64,000 nucleotides of DNA from a virus (lineage: Duplodnaviria > Caudoviricetes): the IMG/VR virus record IMGVR_UViG_3300034155_000052, positions 3,776 through 67,775 of that record; one strand, written 5' to 3'. The notes beneath the pieces are model-generated. The model was not told the DNA's origin, did no database searches, and saw nothing but the letters and a program-made list of their open reading frames with translations. Of this stretch, positions 9,744 to 19,260 are shown one piece after another. The stretch's first letter is position 1. Every line of letters starts with the position of its first letter. The translations under genes were made by a program, and so were the position numbers.

Positions 9744-11201
9744 TTGCAGGAAAATCCTATACAGATTATTAATTCTCATGCGGCAAGCATAACGGAAGAA
9801 GAACTTTCTCAATTAGTTCCTGAATTAGTTGAGTATTATTCTAGAAAGATAAAATACTTATCTTATTATGTATATGGGCAAGATCGTGGTTTACCATTAT
9901 CTGCTTTTCGAGCTTGGGCTGCAGAAACCATTGAAAGTGGTTCTAAAACATTTTTATTCCAAAAACAACATTGGAAAACTGGTAGAAATATTGGTCCTTA
10001 TTTATATAAGTGTTTAGAAAGATTAGCAGATACTCTTAAAAAAAGTTATAATTGTATGTCTTCTATTAGTATGCCAATATGTCCAGCTTGTAAATCTCTT
10101 GGTTGTAGGGAATTCTTAATTCATGAATCTAGAATGCTTAGATGCCCTTGTTGTACAAGAGAAATATATAGATTAGAAGATAGTAAAAGAACAATACGTG
10201 AAGAATATGAATTAAATATTAGAAGAGTATTTTCTCTACACTCTAGCAAAGGTTATAAATGTCCAGATTGTGGTGGTTTTATTCCCGAATCTGTTATTAA
10301 TAATCAAACAGCTAGTTGTCCTTATGATAATTGTACTTGGTTTGGTGATAAATCAAATTTAATTATAATGAATCATCCTATTGGTAGTAATTCTGGATTT
10401 TTAATAAGCTTAAATGCTCCGGTTAACAATTCATTTACCAAAGAAGAGGGTTCTGAAATGCAGAGCTTAATTGATGGTAATGAAATAAATTGTGATCTTA
10501 GAATTGCACAAAGCCAAAAATATGAAAAAGAATTAAAAATTACCAAAGAAGTTTTAAAGATACAAAAATCTAGATTAGAAGATACTAATAAGGTTAAAGG
10601 ATTTAAAAAACAATTAATGTATCAGGCATTTGAAGATTTATTGGAAGAAGATCCTGCTTCAATGATAAGTTATTTAATTCATGGTAAATCAATTGGAGAA
10701 AGACCAATCCAAAGTCAAATATTTCAAAAGTATATTTGGTTAATAGAAAATAAATTACCACTAGAACTTATTGGAAAAAATGGTAAAGTAGAATTTTTAT
10801 CTTTATTAGATCCTGAATTAGAATTGTTTTTAGGAATTAGTGAATACAATGCTTTTGTTAGAGAGAGTGGTATAGTTCCAAATAATACTCATGAGGTTTT
10901 TGTTGGTGCTAAATGTAATGGCCCTTGTTTTATTGGGTATCTTTGTGATGTTTTAGATAAAAATAATAAATCACTATTATCAGAAGTTGAATATTATACT
11001 TTTTCTAATTTAAAAATGAAAAGCACAATACCACAAGAAACAATGTTGAAAATTATACATTTTAGAATGCCACCTCATTATGAGATGTTTTCTTTAGTTT
11101 TACTTCAACGCACCAAAACCAAAATAATAAACAGTATATATAAAAGATTAAACGGCGAAACACGACAAGCCAAAGAAAGAGTTTCCTATGGAATCGATTA
11201 A
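9744..11201 (+). CDS. hypothetical multi-zinc-ribbon protein
   Basis: 485 aa with CPAC, CPCC, CPDC and CPYDNC motifs. Confidence 0.75.
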   Translation: MQENPIQIINSHAASITEEELSQLVPELVEYYSRKIKYLSYYVYGQDRGLPLSAFRAWAAETIESGSKTFLFQKQHWKTGRNIGPYLYKCLERLADTLKKSYNCMSSISMPICPACKSLGCREFLIHESRMLRCPCCTREIYRLEDSKRTIREEYELNIRRVFSLHSSKGYKCPDCGGFIPESVINNQTASCPYDNCTWFGDKSNLIIMNHPIGSNSGFLISLNAPVNNSFTKEEGSEMQSLIDGNEINCDLRIAQSQKYEKELKITKEVLKIQKSRLEDTNKVKGFKKQLMYQAFEDLLEEDPASMISYLIHGKSIGERPIQSQIFQKYIWLIENKLPLELIGKNGKVEFLSLLDPELELFLGISEYNAFVRESGIVPNNTHEVFVGAKCNGPCFIGYLCDVLDKNNKSLLSEVEYYTFSNLKMKSTIPQETMLKIIHFRMPPHYEMFSLVLLQRTKTKIINSIYKRLNGETRQAKERVSYGID

Positions 11202-11499
11202 ATCATTTCAGCGTTATATTATAGATAATGGATTGTTATTTGAAATTAACAGGAGGATATTACATCCTGTTGGTTTGGCGTTAGTGATTGATATAGATAG
11301 AAATAATAGAAAACAATTAGCTTTTACTGAATTATTATCTACAGATGATTCTGAAGGTTTTTTATTTGATGAGGAAGCTTATGAAGTGGGGGATAAAAAC
11401 TATAAAAAGTTTTTATTAAAAAAGGGTGGACAATCAAAGATTGATGCAAGAAAAGAAAAATACGGATTTATAGAACAAGACAAACCAGATTGCGAATGA
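11188..11499 (+). CDS. hypothetical phage protein
   Basis: 103-aa ORF; contains the GLLFEINRRILHPVGLAL motif. Confidence 0.7.
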   Translation: MESIKSFQRYIIDNGLLFEINRRILHPVGLALVIDIDRNNRKQLAFTELLSTDDSEGFLFDEEAYEVGDKNYKKFLLKKGGQSKIDARKEKYGFIEQDKPDCE

Positions 11500-11518
11500 A
11501 ATTAAAAAGGTAAAAACA

Positions 11519-11821
11519 ATGAGTGATACTATTGGAGCGATAGCTGATAAATTATTTACAACCAATGAAAAGATGTGGTTCAACCAAGATCTTTTATATG
11601 AAATTCGTCGTATGACATTCGATGAGTTTAAGACAAAATATTGGAAAACCGAAGATGGAGCAGAAAGACTTTGGGAAACCTTAAAAAGAGCATGTGATTT
11701 AAACTTTCAACGAAATCAACTTATTGATGAATTTGATACTAAACTAGTTGAAATGATTACCGCGGCTGTTAATGGTCAGGATTTGGAACAATTTATTCAA
11801 CGCAAACATAAGAATTATTAA
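11519..11821 (+). CDS. DUF4254-like protein
   Basis: IGAIADKL...MW..QD...LKRACDLNFQRNQLIDEFD pattern; similar to 21153..21488. Confidence 0.55.
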   Translation: MSDTIGAIADKLFTTNEKMWFNQDLLYEIRRMTFDEFKTKYWKTEDGAERLWETLKRACDLNFQRNQLIDEFDTKLVEMITAAVNGQDLEQFIQRKHKNY

Positions 11822-11824
11822 AAA

Positions 11825-12346
11825 ATGGAAACAAAAAATCAATTTGATATTTCTTTATTAAAATGGAAATCTTCACAAGTTTATTCTCAAAGAGAACAAT
11901 TATTAGTTCTTTTTCAAGAAATGGAACAACAAGATGGATTTTTTAAACCTCATCCTTTTACAGCAGATTATATTTCTAAAGTAATTTACAATCCTCAAAT
12001 TGATAGATCATTAGATAAAAAAGATCAATATATAATTGGTCAATATAATGATAAAGCAATAGCTTATGGATTACTAAGAGGTATGGAAGAAGGGTATACA
12101 ATGCCATCTCTTGGTATTTATATTTCTAAAGATTATAGGGGATTAGGTTTATCAAAGATTTTTATGAAAGAACTTCATAATAGAGCTTATGATTGTTATG
12201 GTTTTTTCTATACTGGAAGAAAATTTGTTAGATTAACAGTTAATAAACAAAATGAAAAAGCTATTAATTTATATAAATCTCTTGGATATACATTTACAGA
12301 AAAAGATTATGATAATTTAATTGGTTTAACAGAATTAAAAAAGTAA
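11825..12346 (+). CDS. GNAT family acetyltransferase
   Basis: LGIYISKDYRGLGLSK (motif A); LTVNKQNEKAINLYKSLGY (motif B). Confidence 0.88.
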   Translation: METKNQFDISLLKWKSSQVYSQREQLLVLFQEMEQQDGFFKPHPFTADYISKVIYNPQIDRSLDKKDQYIIGQYNDKAIAYGLLRGMEEGYTMPSLGIYISKDYRGLGLSKIFMKELHNRAYDCYGFFYTGRKFVRLTVNKQNEKAINLYKSLGYTFTEKDYDNLIGLTELKK

Positions 12347-12362
12347 TATTATTTGAAAGATT

Positions 12363-12764
12363 ATGTATATGGCTGATGTTTTTACAGCATTTGAAAACCA
12401 TACAAAAACCACTGATGAAGAAGATAGATATTTAAAAAAATGTCCTCTTAGCAAAGCTTTGCTAATTATTCATGAAGGTCTTTGTGATGTGCTTCAGTTC
12501 ATAGGTTCTGATTTAGATTATTTACAAGATCATTGCGGTTTAAGAGAAGAATTTCAACTAATTTGCGATGAAGAAAAATCAGGAGTATATATCTGGGAAG
12601 GAAGCTTATGTACTAGTCAGGATTATTTTGGAGAATATGATGAGTGGTTGGATGGTAGCTTTAGACCAGCAACTAAAGAAGAATGGAAAGCACATTTAGA
12701 CGATGAATACCCTTGGGATGTTTCTTTGTGGTGGAAAACAGAAGACAAAACGAAAGAAGATTAA
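12363..12764 (+). CDS. hypothetical protein
   Basis: 133-aa acidic ORF. Confidence 0.7.
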   Translation: MYMADVFTAFENHTKTTDEEDRYLKKCPLSKALLIIHEGLCDVLQFIGSDLDYLQDHCGLREEFQLICDEEKSGVYIWEGSLCTSQDYFGEYDEWLDGSFRPATKEEWKAHLDDEYPWDVSLWWKTEDKTKED

Positions 12765-12766
12765 AT

Positions 12767-14950
12767 ATGACATTTGATTGGTCTGTGTATACAGGAAATT
12801 TAACTTGGTTACCTGAACGTACAATATATTTAACCAAGCATGGATCGCACTCGTATGGCACAAATATACCCACGAGTGATTTAGATATACGAGGTATAGC
12901 TGTTCCTCCAAGAAATTATTATATTGGATTAACAAATAATTTTGAACAAGCTTCTGTTAAAGAGCCTGATATGGTAATTTTTGAAATTAGAAAATTTTTA
13001 AAATTAGCCTCTGAATGTAATCCAAACGCTTTAGAAATTATCTTTACAGAGCCTGAAGATCATTTATTAATGACACCAGCTGCGGAGTTATTAATTGAAA
13101 ATAGAGATTTATTCTTAACAAAGAGAGTAAAACATACTTTCCAAGGGTATGCACACGCTCAAATGAAGAGAATATTAACTCATAGACGTTGGTTATTAAA
13201 CCCTGTAGAACATCAACCAACCAGAAAAGAGTGTGGATTACCAGAAAGAACACTAATTCCTCAAGATCAAATATCTGCAGCAAACTCTGCAATTAAAAAG
13301 AAAATTGATGAATGGAGTTGGAAAGAAATGGATGATTTAGATCCTGCTTTACGACAAAGCATTCATACAGAATTTTATAATAGATTAGTTGAAATAACTT
13401 CTTGGCAAGATGATGAAATAGAATCCAAAACATGGAGAGCTGCGGCCAATACTCTTGGTTTTGATACTAACTTTATTGACTTTTTAGATAAAGAAAGGCT
13501 ATATACAAACAAATATAAGGAATGGAAACAGTATCAAGAATGGAAAGCAAATAGAAACCCAAAAAGGGCTGAATTAGAAGCAAAATATCATTTCGATTGC
13601 TATGCTGATGACACAGAATTTTTAACCAGCGATGGTTGGAAAGAATTTAATGATATTACAGATGATTGTTTATTAGCTACTGTTTTTATAAAAGAAGGTA
13701 TTGGATCTAGGAGGTTTCTAGGGGTAGAATATCAAAAACCAATAGATAAATTTGATTCATTATATTCAGGATCAATGTATCATATTTATGGGATACATAC
13801 AGATTCACTGGTTACAGCGAATCATAAAATGTTAATTCAGAAATCTGAAAGAAAAAGCAAAAAGAAACATGGGTGGGTGTTAGAAGAAGCTGCTGTTATT
13901 CCTGATACTTTTGATGTTCTTATTGCTCCACTACCGCGAAAAACAACATTTTCTAATAAAGAGATATTTAATGGGTTGTCAATACCTGTTCAAGCATATT
14001 TATCATTGATGGGTTGGTATTTAAGCGATGGGTGTGCTGTATTTAATACATATGGTGATATGAGTGCTGCCAGTATTAGAATAAGTCAAAAACCAGGAGG
14101 TAAGCTTTCTGGATATATGAAAAGATGGAATGATAAATATTGTGCAATCGCTCATTCATCAATATATACTTACACCAGACATCCAAGTACATATAATCCA
14201 AGAGAACATGAAGAGATGATTCTTGATGTTAGAGATAAAAACATTATAACTCGTATTATTAATGAGTGTAATTATAAAGAAAATAAAAGGATTCCTAGAT
14301 ATATTTTTAATTTATCACAATCATTATTAGAATGTTTATTATTTGCTTTGATTAGAGGGGATGGTACAATACGAGAACATGTATCAAAATTAGATAGTTA
14401 TATTTATTATTCAAAATCAAAAGATCTTGCTAATGACGTACAAGAATTAGCATTAATGGCAGGGTGGGAAACAGCGTTATGGGGGCCTTATTTAACAGAT
14501 ACAGAAGGGCGTGAATGTTTAATTTATCAAGTACATCTTAGAAAAAACAAAAACCAAATAAGAACGTTAATAAGATCTAGCAATGTGGAAAAAATTACTG
14601 TAGAAAATAAAAGAGTTGTATGTTTTACAGTTCCAAATGGAACTTTAATTACTAGACGTAATGGAAAGATAGGAATTCATGGAAACTGTAAACATACACT
14701 TCACCTTGTACGATTATCAAGAGCTTGTAAAGAGTTATTATTAACTGGAAAATTAAATGTAAAAAGACAAGATGCTGAGGAGTTAATAGCTATTAGGAAT
14801 GGAGCCTGGACATTTGAATATCTTTGTGAATGGTTTGAAAAACAATCAAAAGAGATTGAAGAAGCAGAAAAAATTTCTCTATTGCCAAAGGCACCAAACC
14901 ATGATAAGATCGACAAACTTTCAATAAAAATAATAGAACTTTTTTGGTAA
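12767..14950 (+). CDS. Pol-beta superfamily nucleotidyltransferase (RlaP/YcgL/T4 NrdC.11-like), intein-containing
   Basis: HGSHSYGTNIPTSDLDIRGI (GS..DxD); after intein removal reads AKYHFDCKHTLHLVRL, like the family's YD.KHA.HL.RL motif; ATG at 12767 just after the upstream stop. Confidence 0.85.
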   Translation: MTFDWSVYTGNLTWLPERTIYLTKHGSHSYGTNIPTSDLDIRGIAVPPRNYYIGLTNNFEQASVKEPDMVIFEIRKFLKLASECNPNALEIIFTEPEDHLLMTPAAELLIENRDLFLTKRVKHTFQGYAHAQMKRILTHRRWLLNPVEHQPTRKECGLPERTLIPQDQISAANSAIKKKIDEWSWKEMDDLDPALRQSIHTEFYNRLVEITSWQDDEIESKTWRAAANTLGFDTNFIDFLDKERLYTNKYKEWKQYQEWKANRNPKRAELEAKYHFDCYADDTEFLTSDGWKEFNDITDDCLLATVFIKEGIGSRRFLGVEYQKPIDKFDSLYSGSMYHIYGIHTDSLVTANHKMLIQKSERKSKKKHGWVLEEAAVIPDTFDVLIAPLPRKTTFSNKEIFNGLSIPVQAYLSLMGWYLSDGCAVFNTYGDMSAASIRISQKPGGKLSGYMKRWNDKYCAIAHSSIYTYTRHPSTYNPREHEEMILDVRDKNIITRIINECNYKENKRIPRYIFNLSQSLLECLLFALIRGDGTIREHVSKLDSYIYYSKSKDLANDVQELALMAGWETALWGPYLTDTEGRECLIYQVHLRKNKNQIRTLIRSSNVEKITVENKRVVCFTVPNGTLITRRNGKIGIHGNCKHTLHLVRLSRACKELLLTGKLNVKRQDAEELIAIRNGAWTFEYLCEWFEKQSKEIEEAEKISLLPKAPNHDKIDKLSIKIIELFW
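13598..14686 (+). mobile_element. 363-aa intein with LAGLIDADG homing endonuclease
   Basis: Starts CYADDTEFLTSDGWK; block B VTANHKML; LAGLIDADG-like LMGWYLSDGC and ALIRGDGT; ends TLITRRNGKIGIHGN followed by Cys+1. Confidence 0.9.
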
Positions 14951-14954
14951 AAAC

Positions 14955-15341
14955 ATGATAATTATTAAACATTTATCAAATACACAGCTATCAAATATAG
15001 ATTTAAAAATATCATTACCAAATTCATTTTGGATTTCAAATGATGATAATAATCATTATCGTGTAGGGTACAGGTCTTGTAATACATTATTAGAAAACAA
15101 AGGTTGTGGTTTACATCTTGTTAAATACTCTAAGCAATTAGAAAATATTGGAAGAGAAGTTTGGGTTTGTGTTGATAAAAGCAATGGAAATACAGATATG
15201 TATTTTGGGAAAATATATTCTTGGATATTTAAAACGCAAAAAGAAGCACAAAAACAATATTTACTTCATAAAAGCTGCAAAAAATTTGCTTCTTTGTTTC
15301 CGCCAACTAAATATTTGGTAATTGATAAAGTTTGGGTTTGA
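14955..15341 (+). CDS. hypothetical protein
   Basis: 128-aa ORF. Confidence 0.6.
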   Translation: MIIIKHLSNTQLSNIDLKISLPNSFWISNDDNNHYRVGYRSCNTLLENKGCGLHLVKYSKQLENIGREVWVCVDKSNGNTDMYFGKIYSWIFKTQKEAQKQYLLHKSCKKFASLFPPTKYLVIDKVWV

Positions 15342-15378
15342 TTAATTATTTATAGTATAATAGGGATACAGTATAATT

Positions 15379-16482
15379 ATGATTAATAAAAGCATTATTG
15401 AAAAAAACGTAAGGATATCGATTGTAGCAACTGGAGGTGGAGCTGGGGCACAAAATATGCTTTGGCAAATTCCTGGAATTTCTTCAGTTTTAATCGATTG
15501 TACCTTTCCATATGATTCGGAATTTACAAAAGATTATTTAGGATTTGAACCTGAAAAATATTGCTCACCTGAAACAGCGGTTGAATTAGCTATGCAAGCT
15601 TATTATAGAGCATATCAACCAAATAACGCTCCATCTATAGGTGTTGGGTGTACTGCATCGGTAGCAAGTACTGTAATTCATAAAGGTCAACATAGAATAT
15701 ATATAGCATCGGCATCGGAAAACGGTTGTGAGCTTACATCAATTGTATTAACCAAAGGACGTGGTGAAGAGGCCCGTATTATTGATGGTAAAATTTGTGA
15801 TATTGCCATAATTGAAGCATTAAATAAAGCTATTGGATATAATGATCAAAGTATTTTACCTAAAGATCTTAATATTATTAGTTATCAAGTAGAAGATGCT
15901 ACAGAATTAGCAAAGAAACAATTTTTTAAACATCCATATTTTTGTGCTGATACTGGAAAGAGATTAGAGAAAGAGCAAAAGCTTAATAGAGATAATGGTG
16001 ATGCTATATTTCCAGGATCGTTCAATCCGCCACACGATGGTCATTTTGGGATGGTTGAATCATACTGTTATTATAAACCTAATGCTAGTATAATATATTG
16101 TATTGAGACACAATCACCACATAAGGGAGATTTAACGATAACAGATATGCTTAATAGGGCGAAGATGTTAAAGGGAAATAATATATTATTTACTAAAGGT
16201 TTGGGATTATACTTAGATAAAGCAAAACATTTTGATAAAGCCAATATAATTATTGGAATAGATTCATTTATTAGGTTATTAGATGGTAAATGGGGTGTAG
16301 GTATAAAGGAATTGATTGAAGGATTTAAGAGTTGTGGCACACATTTTTATGTAGTAGACAGGGTAATTGATGGAAAGTTAGTTTCAATAAAAGACCAAAC
16401 ATTTGAAACTAATGGTTTAAATTTCACACCGCTAGATGGTAGGTGGGATATTAGCTCTACTGAATTACGAAATATTAAGTAA
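15379..16482 (+). CDS. CinA/PncC-like fold fused to an HxGH adenylyltransferase (NadD/NMNAT-like)
   Basis: N-half TGGG...IPGISS...PY..LG...SPETA.ELA parallels the CinA C-domain; C-half FPGSFNPPHDGH, IIIGIDSF, ISSTELR. Confidence 0.7.
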   Translation: MINKSIIEKNVRISIVATGGGAGAQNMLWQIPGISSVLIDCTFPYDSEFTKDYLGFEPEKYCSPETAVELAMQAYYRAYQPNNAPSIGVGCTASVASTVIHKGQHRIYIASASENGCELTSIVLTKGRGEEARIIDGKICDIAIIEALNKAIGYNDQSILPKDLNIISYQVEDATELAKKQFFKHPYFCADTGKRLEKEQKLNRDNGDAIFPGSFNPPHDGHFGMVESYCYYKPNASIIYCIETQSPHKGDLTITDMLNRAKMLKGNNILFTKGLGLYLDKAKHFDKANIIIGIDSFIRLLDGKWGVGIKELIEGFKSCGTHFYVVDRVIDGKLVSIKDQTFETNGLNFTPLDGRWDISSTELRNIK

Positions 16483-16483
16483 T

Positions 16484-16512
16484 GTTTTTACCAAAGAAAG
16501 ATTTATATCATG
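16484..16512 (+). promoter_or_regulatory. conserved leader GTTTTTACCAAAGAAAGATTTATATCATG of Trp-repeat genes
   Basis: Near-identical leader ends at the ATG at 16510, 28147, 42372, 43416, 49421 and 50282. Confidence 0.55.
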
Positions 16513-17445
16513 TCAACTGAAGATTGGTTTCATATATGCAGTACACCTGGATTAAGCGAAGAATTTATTAAGGAAAATTCTGATAAAGTAAATTGGATTT
16601 ATATATCAACTTATCAAAAATTAAGTGAAGGTTTTATAAGAGAGTTTTCTGATAAAGTATCATGGGAATCTATATCAATATCTCAAAAGCTTAGTGAAAA
16701 GTTTATTAAAGATTTTTATAATAAAGTAGATTGGTATTATATATCGAAATATCAAAAACTTAGTGAAGAGTTTATTAGTGAGTTTTCTGATATAGTAGAT
16801 TGGTTTAAAATAATAGAATATCAAAAACTAAGTGAAGAATTTATAACAAGGTTTTCTCATAAGATAAACTGGAATTCTATATCAATATCTCAAAAACTTA
16901 GTGAAGAATTTATTAGAAAAAATTCTACTAAAGTAAATTGGAACTTTATATCAAAATATCAAAAATTAAGTGAAGGGTTTATTAGAGAGTTTTATATTGA
17001 AGTAAACTGGGATTGTATATCACAATATCAAAAGTTAAGTCCAGAATTTATTAAAGAATATAATTTAACAATTCCACAAACATGTTGGTTATATACAGAT
17101 AAAGAATTTAAGAGAGAATATATTAAAAAACTTACTGATTATGAGATAATAGGAGATAATGTAATAGCATATAAGACATGTAGAAAAGACGGATATTCTA
17201 AATATAATTTTCAATATTTATATGAAGTTGGCGGAGAATATGAAAGTAATGCAAATTATAATATAGATGAACGAGATAGTTTCGGATTATCTGCCTGGAC
17301 AAAAAAAGGAGCATTATCATATTATGATGAAGGGAAGTTATTCAAAGTAGAGATAGATATAGATGATATCGCTGCTATTGTACATGAAGGAAAAAAGATA
17401 AGAGCGAGTAAGATAAAGATATTGGAAGAGGTGTCACATGATTGA
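16510..17445 (+). CDS. 22-aa Trp-repeat protein, paralogue 1 (8 repeats plus conserved C-terminal domain)
   Basis: Tandem (Q)KLSEEFIREFSDKVxWxxISxx repeats; C-domain AYK.CR.DGYS.YNFQY.YEVG...SFGLSAWT...GKLFKVEI...KIRASKIKILEE. Confidence 0.85.
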   Translation: MSTEDWFHICSTPGLSEEFIKENSDKVNWIYISTYQKLSEGFIREFSDKVSWESISISQKLSEKFIKDFYNKVDWYYISKYQKLSEEFISEFSDIVDWFKIIEYQKLSEEFITRFSHKINWNSISISQKLSEEFIRKNSTKVNWNFISKYQKLSEGFIREFYIEVNWDCISQYQKLSPEFIKEYNLTIPQTCWLYTDKEFKREYIKKLTDYEIIGDNVIAYKTCRKDGYSKYNFQYLYEVGGEYESNANYNIDERDSFGLSAWTKKGALSYYDEGKLFKVEIDIDDIAAIVHEGKKIRASKIKILEEVSHD

Positions 17446-17756
17446 TAATTTTACATTAGATGTTATTTGCGAATTAAAAGATTTAGAAAAAGCATTAATT
17501 CTTGGATTTTCAAATAACGGATTTGCTAAATCTTATTATGTTCATACAAGAACTGATACAACAGGATCTTATATTGAAAAAATACCTGTACTAACTTTTT
17601 GCTGGATATCTTCTGTAGACATTAATAAAAGTGTGTTTATAGTTGATCCATTAAATTATCTTCAAGATTTAATTATAGATTCTGGCCCAAGTGATATTTG
17701 TCTTATGGTTGAAAAATGGTTAAGCAAACAACCATATGGACCCGTTCCAGATATTG

Positions 17757-18030
17757 GTCATAACCCCCACCAAGCTTCTAGCTTGGAAGGGGCTTGTTAG
17801 AGTCATTTAATGCCAAATTTAGTACATAAACAAGTTAAATCAATGACTAGAGTATCCAGTCTTCCTACTCGTAAGAGTAGGAAGATTAAGGAAACTGAAT
17901 CATCTTCTCGTGGTAGAGAACAATATATTTCTAATGTTTCTCTAGTTGGAAATCCCTATGATGATCAGTCTCGAAGAGAGCAATTATCCAAATTGTCGCA
18001 AGATAATTTGGACTGGAAGGTAACTTCCAA
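17757..18030 (+). ncRNA. putative omega-RNA scaffold of IsrB element 1 (guide would be the ~16-20 nt 5' of 17757; 3' boundary approximate)
   Basis: Conserved across three copies; GNRA-capped hairpin 17987..18012 covaries with 45778..45803 and 38620..38631. Confidence 0.6.
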
Positions 18031-19069
18031 ATCTGTTACGAAAATATATGTTCCAGTAATTTCTTTTGTTGGTATTCCATTAATTCCTTGCTCTCCAAGA
18101 AGAGCAAAGGAATTAATGATAAAACATAAAGCGAAGAAGCAATGGAAATATGGTATTTTCTATATTAAATTAATTGAAAGAGATATAGGAAATATTCAAG
18201 AGATATCATGTGGAATAGATTCTGGATCTAAGAGAGAAGCAATTACTGTTAAATCCAAGAATAAAACATTTATTAATATTTTAGCTGATGCTAGAACGGG
18301 AATAAAAGAATCTATTGAAGTTAGAAGAAATATGAGAAGAGCAAGAAGGTTTAGGAAAACTCCTTGTAGAAAGAATAAATTAAATAGAAAAAGGAATATA
18401 AAATTTATTCCTCCATCAACTCGGGCAAGATGGAATTCTAAATTAAGGTTAATAAATATATTAAAAAAGATATATCCAATATCAATATATGTTGTAGAAG
18501 ATATAAAAGCGAACACAAAAGAAGGAAAGAAAAATTGGAATAAGAATTTTTCACCATTAGAAATAGGAAAGAAATATTTCTATAATATATTAAAAACATA
18601 TGGACATCTTATTTTAAAAGAAGGATGGGAAACAAGTGAAAAAAGAAAAGAATTAGGTTTGGTGAAAACCTATCATAAATTAGACAAAATATTTTCTGCA
18701 CATAATGTTGATAGTTGGGTTTTAGCCAATTTTCCTTTTGATATTCAAACACATCCTGAAAATATTGATATGTATTATTTCCAGCAAATTGAATTACATA
18801 GAAGACAATTACATATGTTACAGTTTGCTAAAGGAGGAAAAAGGAAAAGATATGGAGGGACAGTATCTCTTAGAATTCCTAAAGGAACAGTAGTAAAAAT
18901 AAAATATAAAAAGAAAGAAATAATATGTTATATTGGTGGAAATATGAATGGAAAATTATCAATCCATAATATGGAGAATGGGGAAAGAATAAGTAAAAGT
19001 ATAAATAAAGAAAATATAAAATATATGGGATATATAACTAAGTGGAAAGTAGAAAAAATAAAAGGATAA
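17810..19069 (+). CDS. isrB: IsrB (HNH-less IscB relative, RNA-guided RuvC nickase), copy 1; true start may lie downstream
   Basis: PLIP (PLMP/RRXRR domain), RuvC-I GIDSGS, Arg-rich bridge helix RRNMRRARR, RuvC-II VVEDI, RuvC-III HNVD; no HNH insert. Confidence 0.8.
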   Translation: MPNLVHKQVKSMTRVSSLPTRKSRKIKETESSSRGREQYISNVSLVGNPYDDQSRREQLSKLSQDNLDWKVTSKSVTKIYVPVISFVGIPLIPCSPRRAKELMIKHKAKKQWKYGIFYIKLIERDIGNIQEISCGIDSGSKREAITVKSKNKTFINILADARTGIKESIEVRRNMRRARRFRKTPCRKNKLNRKRNIKFIPPSTRARWNSKLRLINILKKIYPISIYVVEDIKANTKEGKKNWNKNFSPLEIGKKYFYNILKTYGHLILKEGWETSEKRKELGLVKTYHKLDKIFSAHNVDSWVLANFPFDIQTHPENIDMYYFQQIELHRRQLHMLQFAKGGKRKRYGGTVSLRIPKGTVVKIKYKKKEIICYIGGNMNGKLSIHNMENGERISKSINKENIKYMGYITKWKVEKIKG

Positions 19070-19260
19070 CAAGAAGGAGTAAAGCAATTCCTCCCTGCCT
19101 GCGTAGCATACAGGGTTCACTTGCTCATCTTGATGGAAGTGTTAGTAAAGGTGTTTCAATATATACTTTAAATACTCATCCTTATGAAAATTTAAATTTA
19201 TACTCAATTGTTTCGATAGAACCTGCATGGGTTTTGCACCATAAATAACAGGGTTAATAT

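Larger units (their letters stand above)
17757..19132 (+). mobile_element. non-autonomous IS200/IS605-family (OMEGA) element 1
   Basis: Left end GTCATAACCCC..GGGGCTTGTTAG shared with 38389 and 45548; right-end hairpin AGCAA..CCCTG..CAGGG..TTGCT; excision restores the host ORF. Confidence 0.85.
17438..19248 (+). pseudogene. hypothetical gene split by IsrB element 1
   Basis: Joining 17438..17756 to 19133..19248 gives 435 nt, an intact 144-aa ORF reading ...QPYGPVPDI-DGSVSKGVSIY... Confidence 0.75.

Noticed and set aside
17810-19069. IscB, Cas9 or TnpB identity for the three RuvC ORFs
   Set aside because: The PLMP N-terminus excludes TnpB; absence of any HNH/CxxC insert between RuvC-II and RuvC-III excludes IscB and Cas9
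17757-19132. IStron or group I/II intron explaining the in-frame interruption
   Set aside because: The element is fully accounted for by omega-RNA, isrB and a right-end hairpin; no intron core or domain V motif recognised
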